From Hyphochytrium catenoides (taxonomy: Eukaryota; Protista; Hyphochytriomycota), in NCBI GenBank assembly GCA_900088475.1, contig FLMG01004237.1:1-44149 (forward strand): a stretch of 44,149 nt of DNA. The letters are read 5' to 3'. The notes beneath the pieces are model-generated. The model searched no databases and was not told where the DNA came from. It worked only from the letters and a program-made list of their open reading frames with translations. The position numbers were made by a program, and so were the translations under genes. Below, in pieces: positions 21,812 to 32,017 of this stretch (position 1 is its first letter; the number at the start of each line of letters is the position of its first letter).

Positions 21812-24503
21812 TCAAGGGATTGGGTGCACAGCTGCTCTAGAGCTTCCTTTACCCTTCGAGCCCTCAGGAACTCTCTGTTCGGCACTATCAGATGAGGTTA
21901 GATGGCTTTTCCTGCCCTCTTCCTCTCTCTTCCTTACGCAAAGAAGCAACTCCTCATACTCCGTTATGATACACTCCGCCAACAGCGATGGATCAGGGAT
22001 GTAGAGTGGATCCACCGAGATAGCAAACCGGACCACATTGTTATAGCTCATAATGCTGATCCCAGTGCTTAGACTGGCAGGGCAGGTGCAGTTATAGAAT
22101 GAAGACACCCCGTAGCCCGCAAAGTAGATCTGAAGGAGAGAATATGAACGGTTAGGAAGCGGCTATCTATTTTCCTCACAAGCTCTAGCGGCGGATGGAA
22201 GCGAGCAAACCTACTTTCTGCTTGGGCCCTGCCAGATTCGACTCGAAGAAAGTATGCCTCGATAGGATTCTACACATCAGCCACTTGCATAGTCCAGGAC
22301 CGAAGAACCAGCCTAAACAACGATTCGCATAGCTGTCGAGAGATGGGGGAGACAGTGAGTCAGAGGCTCCACGTAGTAGAGGAGAGTAATGTTGCAACAA
22401 GCTGGTGGGAGGATAACAAAGGCAAAGAGGAACATAATATCACACCTAGGAGGACCAAACGCGACACAGAAGGACGGAGGTGCATCTTCTGACCTCAGAA
22501 TAAGCGGCTCTGGAGACCGCTTTATCCTGCTTGATTCCTTCATCGCGTGGGCCACGCGGTCGACCGGGCTGCACTGATGCACTGGTGCGTTGACGAAGAA
22601 CATGCTAATGTTGTTGTCGACAGTCCCTTCCCGGTACCTCTGCAGCAAGCCCTTCAAATCGTTCAAGCTCTGCAGACTCCAGAGATCAACCAGCACTACA
22701 GCTCCCATCCGGAGCTTCGTACTAACCTGGCCGCCTTCACTATCTTTCCTATTAGCTAAGTACCTACAAAGCAAAAAGAAGACAACAGCGTGTCGTCAGG
22801 GAAAGCAACAATACGCCACGATGCATTGATGAACCCTAGGGTGGCGGACACTTCTTTGAGTTTGGGGACGAAGGACCTTCCGTCAGCTTGGGCCAGAAAG
22901 ATTTCCCAAGGAGGTCAAGAGAGGAAGAACTAATAAAGGGAATGCTGCCTCGCCCCTCCACTGAAGAACGTGACATCAAGTTTACTACGATGGGAAAGAA
23001 AGGAGGAGAGTGACTGATATGGTAATCCTTCTTCTAAGATCTCCCTACCTTCTAATCCCACCGCCCTGGACCGCAAGCATAACGTCATTGACGGTAGCGC
23101 CAAGAGCACGACCGATCTCTTTGACATCGTTCAACTGAAGTTCTCTGGAGAAGTGAACTCGCTTCTCCGATTCACTGTAACGACCGACACGTATGGACAT
23201 CGCTGTCACCTCATCCGCCGGCGCTAAGGGAATAAGCAGCACCTTGAAGAACGCCACTAGTCCCAGCCAAAGGATCTCTAAGAGAGAACCAAAAGAAGTA
23301 AGAAGAGAGACACAAGTTCTCGCGTTTGCCACATCATCATCTGTAGTTTTCGTGTCCCCTGAGCCAGCCGCCGTCGTCAATCCCTGCTTCTTGCTCTGTA
23401 ACTTTTTTTCTCCTTGTGGGATCTCCTGTCCGAGTTGCGATCCGCTGCTGTCGGTGGAGAGGCTCAGTAGTAGAGCAAGGAGCATGACCCCGTCGCCCAG
23501 GCAATGACAGATCTTGATGACCAAAGCGGACTTCCCAACGGAAGGCGAAAGAAGAAAGTGCATCTCCCACCGTGGGAGCGAAGGGTCAAACGGCTTCATC
23601 ATCATCGTGGAGACGTAGTCGTCGATGCTACGACGAAAAATGACCTTGCCGGATCCCTCTGCTCCGTCTCTCCTCTCACCGATCGTGGTGATGGTGGCCA
23701 TGGGTCGAATGTCCTTGAGCATAATCTTTTCAAAATACGGCCTGCCCCTCCCTTCATAGCGCAGAATTGAGGTGAACCGCGGATAGTGAATGATCTCCTG
23801 CGTTAGGAAGTGAGGGAAGCAGGGTTGAGAATATTAGGTAGGATGTCAGATGTCAACCGGAAGGGCTTATGTCATCATCAGCAGGGCAGAAGGGGCCGCA
23901 AGCACGAGGCCGACATCGTTCTTAGAACTGGAAGAAACAAAGGTACTAAGGCTTTCACATGGCAGACCAACTGTAAGAAGCAGAGAAAGAAGGTTGAGGT
24001 AGACCACGGATGACAGCCATATGGCCGGTTCCATAATCTCTTCAGCAATGAGAGGACAACGAGAAAGCGACAAGAGACAGGGGAGATAAAGAGGTGTGAA
24101 AGGAAAGTGAGGGAAAGAGAGTATGTCTCACACAAGCAGAGAGAGGGAACCAGAGAAGAGTGCAGAGGGGGCAAAGAGAGTGTTTAAAGATGAAGAGAGT
24201 CACACCTCAAGCCGTACACAAAGCTACAGAGACTGGAATTAAGCAACAATAATGTATGCGAACGAGGAAGGTGCCCCAGCCGAACAGAACTAAGGAAGCC
24301 AAGGTAAAAATGGAGTCACGACAGCAAGTAAGCTGAACCTTTTGAATAAAGCCAATCACCCGTTCAGGGTCAATCAGCTCGTCGAACTCCATCACTCCGT
24401 AGATCGTGGCCGGCTTCTTCTCCTGATACATTTGTATCCAGATCTTCCCAATGAGTGAAACATCATGACGCTCGCCGCCCGTCATGGATGTAGCCACGGC
24501 CAT
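21812..24503 (-). CDS. WS/DGAT family wax ester synthase/diacylglycerol acyltransferase (WSD-like), 5 exons
   Basis: Exons ~24503-24339, 23797-23049, 22763-~22493, ~22333-22215 and ~22130-21812 join in frame with GT-AG. Motifs HYPRFTS, PFDPSLPRWEMH, CHCLGDG (HHxxxDG variant), GATVNDV, SNLAGP and SIMSYN. Confidence 0.88.
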
Positions 24504-26166
24504 GATCTTGTTATAAGGAAAACACTACGACTATTCTAATAGGATTCTGCGTGTCGGTGTCAGAGGAAGCCGCTGTGCTCGCTTTTTGTTGGTGGTGGTC
24601 TGCCGAGCTGCTTTGATAAGCCTACTCTAAAAAGCACCGTCGATGGGAGTTCTTTGGGCAGCACATTGGCAGCTGCTGCTGCAGGATCTGTGGGCGGTAC
24701 AGTGGACACTTGCTGCAGCGGGACAGGAACCTTCCGTAACGAATGAGGTAGAAGGTGACCCCAGATTCTCATGCCAGTAGCATCTCTAAGGTGCCCTTCT
24801 CCTTCTCTGCTCTAAGCAAGGAGCGCCGCTCTTCATTCAGGGAAGGAAAAGTCTGGAAAAGCGCTGTTGTCGCAGTAGAAATAGAAGGCTATAACTTTCC
24901 CGTCTTTCTATGTGCTTTGCCTTACCAAGACTGGACTACCACTTAGGCTGCGTGGAGGAAGAGAAGGTTCATCAAGAGGTGAAGGTGAAGACCATAAGCC
25001 AGGCAAGGCCATTGCTGCGATCAAGTGGGCAATCAAATGGTCGCACAAGAAGTCTCTTTTATACAAAGAGAGAGAGAGAAGTCGATGATCATGAAGGAAA
25101 CAAGTGGTCTATTAGTATATCTAGAAGGGAACCAGGCAGAGAAGGGCAAGGCTACTGCGTACTACGACAACAAGGAAAGTGATCTGTCAAAAGGAAGATG
25201 ACTGAGAGTTGTGCGCACCACCAAGCAGCATAATAACTTCGTGTCAGGTACTGAAAGACGACAGCAGCTGTGAGGCTACCTACCTGGAGGTTGCCTGAAG
25301 AAGCAGGAGGGCAGTGCAGCCCATAAGCTCACAACGAGCCCCCAGAGAACATGAAGAAGAAGAGGAAGCTCCGCAGGCACTGTGGCCCCTGGTGAGGCAG
25401 TACGAGTAGGAGGGAGAAACGGCAGGAGCAGCAGTGGCAGGAGGTTGAGGATCAGCAGCAGCAGCAGCAGAGCGAAGAGGAAGGAAGAGAGGGGACAGAG
25501 GGGGCGTGGAGGAGGGTCTGCAGGCAGATGGGCCGAGGGGAGGGAAGAGAGACAGAGAAAGAGAGTAACACAAGGGGAAAAAACATCAACTCTTTGGCGG
25601 TCTCGTAGTGGCCGCTATTTAGCATTTGCACGGTATATATCGGGAGAGAGGCTAGTTAGACCGGTAGTATTTAGAACCTATCTACTCTATGAAACATCTA
25701 ACCTCACTACTGTATTCCCTCCATGCCATCTATTTCAGTATATGAATGGTAGGTTTCCGGGAAAAGGATCTGATTTCTACATAGTATCCAGAACGCCTGT
25801 CTAGTGTGAAACGAAATCACCTTTCTAACGGGACCACTATAGCCCTCGGCTCGGGCCAGTCTGCACCTTGGTTATTATCATCACCACGCTGCCGATGTTC
25901 CTGGCGCGGACGCGGGCTTCGGAAGGCGAGGCGCTCGTGATGCTGCAACCACAAGGCCTGCTCCTCCATTTCTCAGTCTCTCACGCTGCACCTCCACCGC
26001 TGAGCTGCCTCCTCCATGTCCCACTCACTCCGCGGACTCGTGTCCCCGCTGGTGATCTCTCTTCATGACGCTGGTGGTGAGGTTCAGCGAAGTCATGCCT
26101 AGAAGATCCGGTCTTCTGTGATGAGGAGTTGACAGCTTGAGTCAAAGTGAAGGCAATTTGTGAGTG

Positions 26167-27786
26167 ATGTCTGCCATTAGTCGATATCTTGGTTCCTCGC
26201 TAGAGGCGGAGTTTCTTCCAGAGGCTCAATGGAGTGAGTACGACTCCTTTCTTGAAGCTCCTCCACAGCGGAAACACGTTGAGCCTCTGTTCTCGGTGAC
26301 TCCAAGCGTCTGCTCCTTTGGCCTCGTCAAGCAGGTAACGCGACTCTTCTTTAGTAGAACATCTTTCTTCAGGGAGCTGAGGCTTGTCGGACAGGGGTGT
26401 GAATACTGCGCCAAGGTGACCATTAGAAGTATAAAGACCAAGCCGACAAAATTTAGGCTAAAACCTTCTCAGCGATCTATTGCTCCTGAGCCCTATGCCA
26501 ACCGCTACCATGTGAGCCCCGCCATCAATGAGAAGGTAGGTAACGTACTCCATCGGAAATTATACATTTTCTAGCCTTAAGCAGATTCTCACAAGTTCAT
26601 AACTTCTACCGCTGGTACTACGAACGCCTTTCCTTCTCTTCTGTCTCTCATACTGGTGCCAAGAGCCCATGGAAGGAAGAGCGCCAGCGTTTACCGTCTG
26701 AGAATAATCCTCTTTGTTAGGTTGCCCCGGGTATGGCCTATGAGCTGGAAATCACGTTCACGGCTCATGGTCCGGCCGAGGACTGGAGAGATCAGCTTGA
26801 CATCCAGACTGAGGTATCATCAGAGAGCCTAACCTCAAGGTCACCTCTGTTGGTCCCCTAACGCTGATTACTCCTTCATGACGCAGACCGGTGCCCACAG
26901 AGTGGTCATCGTGGCCAAGGTTAGAGCGGAGGCAGACTTTGATAGGGAATTGTGTCTCTCCCGGCGTCAAAGAATGTAAGACGAGAGCAGCAAAACTGTT
27001 TAAGTAATGCGCAGCCTGCCCTTAGTAGGTTCTAACCTTCTTATGATCGGCTCTCTTCCCAGTCCGTCTCGCCCCAGTGGGGTCACACTGATAGCAGGGG
27101 TAGAGTCTGATGGAAGACCTCGAATCTACGGTCAATATCACGTCCTTGAGAAGCTACGACATGGGGTGACGCCTTCCGGTACTTTCGACACTCACATAGT
27201 GGATCCAGAGAGCGGCTTAAGGGAAGAAGACCTATACGACATAAGCACTATGCCTTTCTTGGTAACCGCTTCTGCCAACCACAGACAAACCTTTCCCATG
27301 TTATCTTGCTATACAAGTCCGCCTTTGCGCGTTCTTGACATCAAAAAAGATTAGAATAATAGTATTCCATCCAACGCCTAGCCTCTTTCTCATCTAACCC
27401 GCTCCTGTCTGCCAACCATCTTACTTTGTTCAAGACTAACATCTGCCGGCGTGCTATACAGCCAAACTCCTATTGGGATGTAGAGTCGTCGACTCTGATG
27501 CTGGACACCAAGCAGTTTGACATGGAGGTGAGCCATTGCTTAGAGCGATAGTCCTCCAATTCATCCACTAAGCAACATTCCACGTTGTTGATGCTGCAAA
27601 GATTGACCCCAAGCTGACCGTCAGAGAGATTAAAGAGCGTGACGTGGCCCGCCAGGTATCAGAACTCTGGCGTCTCTTCCCGTATCGTTGCTTCCAGCCT
27701 CGAACTCAATCTCGTCCCTCGCATAATCTCAGGCTGCAAGAGATCAAAGAGCGGTCCAAGTTTTGTACGGCACCACTGCCAGCTGA
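26167..27786 (+). CDS. Multi-exon protein with an Ig-like ASH/PapD-type domain (possibly flagellar-associated)
   Basis: Hand-spliced product (~8 exons) contains FSVTPSVCSFGLVKQGCEYCAKVTIRS...TKFRLK...KVAPGMAYELEITFTA...RDQLDIQTE, the pattern of ASH/PapD-like domains in ciliary proteins. Last exon ...YGTTAS* ends at 27786. Confidence 0.6.
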
Positions 27787-27804
27787 TCAAGCGTCATAAC
27801 TTCC

Positions 27805-28683
27805 CTAGGGAGTGGCTAGAGTTGGATTGAAGCAGGTCGATAACCAGATACGCTCTTTGTCAGCATGGCGCAGAGAAGCAAAGGCGGGACTCGTCGACGG
27901 CATAACAAACAGCGAGATACGCTGGTCTCCTTCGGACGAAGTCGGGACGGATCCTTTCCCCTTTGCAAAGAAGTCTCTAGCGGTGTCATTTGCCAGTAAG
28001 AAGGAGCCCGATTGAAGCCAATCTGTGAAGTACTTTTTGAAGAACCCAGCGGCAGCCTTACCATTGATCACGACGCGATGCACCGAGGGATAACGCTGAA
28101 CTAGCTCCTCCAGCTTATTTGGGACCTCACCCTTGATGTTGCTGTCCAGAGAACCTTTCCGATCACAGCCATAAATAACGTCCCATAGAATGTAGCCGGC
28201 AGACACTGCACGCCTTGTTCTTTCCTCGTAACTCAGCGACCAAGCATCAAAGCCAAGGGCGGCACCAACGATAGGCCAGAAGGAATTCATCTTATATCCA
28301 TAATACTCTTGCTTGACGAGGGAAGTTACCCCTGGCATGCTCCCGAGAATCATCGTGTGTGGTACCACCGACGAAAGACCAAAGCTCTCAGGTACAAGTG
28401 GCGGGAAGCCCACAAGGTCTGAGCCAAGTGCCACTGCAGCAGCTAAGGTGGCGGAAGAGTTCTTGTCCACCTGGGCTCCGCCTTGTGCTTTACCTGATGC
28501 CTTGCGCTTTCTCTTGCTGGAGGGCGTGGTCTGCTTCTTTTGACCTCCAGAGGCTCTATGGTGATGCGTAGATGAAGCGCTTCTTCTTAGGGGGGTAGGG
28601 CCTGCTGCCAAGACCTCAGTCACAGCTCGGACGCTTACACCACTGCCACGCCCTGCTTTGATGCTCCGTGTCATGACCGCCAT
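27805..28683 (-). CDS. UDG-superfamily family-6 hypoxanthine-DNA glycosylase (DNA-deoxyinosine glycosylase) with basic N-terminal extension, intronless, 292 aa
   Basis: ILGSMPGVTSL..QEYYG...NSFW (motif 1), LWDVIYGCDRKGSLDSNIK, NGKAA and MPSTSPA (motif 2). NLS-like SSKRKRK in the extension. Confidence 0.85.
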   Translation of the reverse strand: MAVMTRSIKAGRGSGVSVRAVTEVLAAGPTPLRRSASSTHHHRASGGQKKQTTPSSKRKRKASGKAQGGAQVDKNSSATLAAAVALGSDLVGFPPLVPESFGLSSVVPHTMILGSMPGVTSLVKQEYYGYKMNSFWPIVGAALGFDAWSLSYEERTRRAVSAGYILWDVIYGCDRKGSLDSNIKGEVPNKLEELVQRYPSVHRVVINGKAAAGFFKKYFTDWLQSGSFLLANDTARDFFAKGKGSVPTSSEGDQRISLFVMPSTSPAFASLRHADKERIWLSTCFNPTLATP

Positions 28684-29375
28684 CGCTTCAGGAGCTCTAT
28701 CTGAATGAGACGGATAATATCTCGCCTTCTTGAATTAGGTGTCTCAGCTTGAACAACCAAACGGCGCGTTGTAATAGGAACCGAGCAGCTAGCAGGCCCA
28801 AGGAGGTAGGAGGAGTCAGTCCAGCTTCGCTCGGAGTGACAGGAGCTAGGATGGCTGCAGCTTTCCTAGTGAGTCAAGAGCGAGGCAGCCATCGCGAGTG
28901 AGCGGAACTGATGAGATCGCAGGGGCGTAGGGACGGGGACCAATAAACTCTACAGTGGACAGATGTCCGCTCGCCTCATCTCAGAAGAATGTGACACCAC
29001 TCCCACAGCCAGGCGCAGCTACCAAATCCCCAGCTCAAGAAACTTCTGTCTGAAGGAACGCATCCTAGTCGTCACCGGTACAAAGTCCAGGGGGACCTCT
29101 GTCTAACTCTACTCCTGGAGGATTAGTGCAGTGGTTGATGAAGGGAGAGATGGTGGGAAGGAAGCGCAGCAGGGGGAAGATCATTGCGAAGATTCCGATA
29201 GATTTACACAGAGGCGAGGGTTGGGAGAGAGGCGACAGGAAGCAGCCGCGTCGATCAACGGAGATCGGGCCAGATAGAGCTCAGCGGCACTTATAGAGGG
29301 ACTATAGGGCGGCTGCGCAATAGTTGCTAACGAGAGAGCGACCTGCTGTCATTACGCTTATCAGAACAAACCAGG

Positions 29376-31361
29376 ATGTCAGGGGAAGAGGCTCTTAGTC
29401 GGGGTCAGCAGCTGAAGGAAGAAGGGAATGCCGCGTTTAAAGCTGGCAACATCGGAGAAGCATGCGCGAAGTATGAAGAAGTGGCTGCACTCTTGGACCC
29501 TGTGGAGGAGGACCAGCTTAATAGTGTAAGGGAGACTATTCCTTTTCCTTCAGGCTTCGGAAGCGGTTCTTAGTCGTTTCTTGGTGGCCGTCGGACGTCT
29601 CTACTCTTTGCCATCGGCAAGTTTTGGAGCTCATTCTCTATGTGTACAGGATGACCTGAAGGAGCAGCTAAAGCAGCTCAAAGTCACTTCAAACCTCAAC
29701 GCTGCAATGTGTTATCTGAAGCTAGACAAGTTTGCTCCAACCATTGCCAGGGTACCGTCATGCTGCTGTTGCTCACTTCCTTGCCAAGCGGCACTTGACC
29801 TATCTTCTGGCCCTGTCTTTCTTATGTCTATCGCACTCTCCCTCTGGCCATCATTCTTACTTCCTCTCAGTTTTTTAGTGGTCCGCTAGTTCCTTACTGT
29901 TCTTTGAAAGCGTGGACTTTGTCGTCCTTCTGGCAAGACTTATCTTTTAGCGTGACATTCTGGCTTCTCGACCAGGACAACCGTGCCATTGAGCTCTGCT
30001 AGACTCAGTGCATAATGTGTCCTGCTCTTCGATTTCTCCAATGACATTTGGCCTAGGGAAATTGCCTTTTTCCAATCCACAGACATTGCTCATTCAGTCC
30101 GTTTTGGCTAGGCTAACAAGGCTCTAGAGCTGGACGCTAACAATGTCAAGGGACTATACCGAAGAGGTGTGGCACGCTTCGGCCTAGGTCAGCTGGACTT
30201 GGCGCGAGAGGACTTGGAACGCGCGCTATACTTCGACCCATCGAATGCAGACATTAAGAGACAGCTGAAGGGCATCAAAGAGAAGGTAAGCCGCATGCCT
30301 TGAGAAAAATGTCCTAACTCTACCCTTATGGTGATGGGTAGGAGCTGACATGCGTATGCGCTTCTAGAGCGAAAAGCAGAAGAACTCCCAAAGCGCTATG
30401 GCATCAGCGGCAGGGTCAGGCAAGAAGCTCTCAGAGAGTGTGCTGAAAGAGGTAACGCTAGCTAGTCATACCGCTCGCTTCTCCCAACAAGGTCTTGTCT
30501 TGTACGTGTATTGCCAGCCCTGCCTTCACTACTTTTTCTTTCTTTCTCGTCTCTCTGCTAGTACTTCAGCTATGTAAGCCTTGCAGTGACTCCCTACCTG
30601 TATCTTATTGCGAGGCTGATGCACTGTCCGTTCTAGATCCAAGAACTAGAAGATCAGTACGTCAAAGTCTCTCGAGAGCTGCAGACGGTAAGACTGTGTA
30701 AACTTGTCTGTAGTATCACTGCCCTAGGATATCTCTTTATTTGTTCAAAACACCTCTAACACCGCTGCTGATGCTGCAACAGTTGGAGGCACGTATTGGA
30801 GCAGCTGATCGTGACAAGAAGAGAGCTGACCTAACAAAGAGGGAGATTGGCGCGTTCCCTGAGTCGACAAAGATGTATAGGGCTGTAGGTAAGGCAGGAC
30901 GACGATGTTGCCCTTGAACTCGGGCTAGAGTGTAGACTCCTGCAAGCAGTGACCAGACTTTGACCTTCCCGTTTGTAGGCAAAATGTTCCTCGTGTCAGG
31001 CAAAGGAGAGACCAACCAGTTTCTAGACGAGACAGTTGTCAAGTGCGAAAAGCAGACAGAGGACTTCAAGGTATCGATATTTCCCTGTTACACTGGGGCT
31101 TCGTCTCTATGTAGCTCTTCTATTCAGAAGCGGATAGCGCTTTGTGTCAGATCGTCGAGTCGCGGCCATCGATAACCTGCTCTCTGTCAGTCTAAACGTT
31201 TATAGACGGAAACTCATGGCTTAAGTCTGACTCTAATTATCTCACATCCTTCTTTGTGCTATCGTCCGTTCTCTTCCTTGGCCCAGGCTCGGAAAGCGTA
31301 CCTTGAACGGCAGCAAACTTCGATTCAGAGCAATGTCAAGGAACTCTTGTCGCACGCGTAG
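29376..31361 (+). CDS. Carboxylate-clamp TPR domain fused to prefoldin subunit 1 (beta type), 8 exons, ~277 aa
   Basis: Exons 29376-29525, 29650-29751, 30112-30285, 30368-30451, 30637-30687, 30783-30888, 30979-31070 and 31287-31361 splice in frame (all GT-AG). N-half: LKEEGN, SNLNAAMCYLKL, KALELDANNVKGLYRRG. C-half: MYRAVGKMFL and RKAYLERQQTSIQSNVKELL (PFDN1-like). Confidence 0.8.
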
Positions 31362-32017
31362 CAGGAAAAGAAGGAGGTCTTTTTTGGTTCAGAAAGAAGT
31401 CTTTAGAGAGAGAACAGGCACCAAAGACAAGGGAAAGATGAGAGTCAGTGATGATTCCTCAGCGCGAAGGGAATAGAGTGAATGGAGAAGGCACATCACC
31501 ATTGTCCTCAGCGTGACGGAACCGTCTGTCCGTGCTCAGCTACTATTTGGGTTGACCTCTAGCTACCTGATAATATTCCTCTTTCTGGTCAATATGAGAG
31601 TATTAGCGTCCTTATTAGGGGAATATGATTACCACATCCTATGCCGCATAGAGAGCCTGTTGGAGAGCTTACTCAACGGCGCATCAGTTCCTGCTCTGGC
31701 TCGCGCCATCTCTTCATCATCCCGCCAACACAGTCTCCGTCTCTCCATCATCAGGGAGAGCAAAAAGAAGTGAAAGTGATATGTACGCCAATGGTCCGGC
31801 AGCTCAGGAGGTAAAGCCCTGAAGCGCGTCTCTATCCAGCGCTGCGTCGTCTGGAGGCGGTAGCCTGGCGGGTCAATAGTCGAAGGGTCAGCCTGCTAGA
31901 ACTATCCGTATCTTTTGCGATCAGAGCCCGGGCCTCGCCCACATTTCTCTACATAGGCTTGCTCTCTCTCGCACCTCCACTGCGACACCTTCAGTTCTTG
32001 GCTTTATTAGACTCTCC

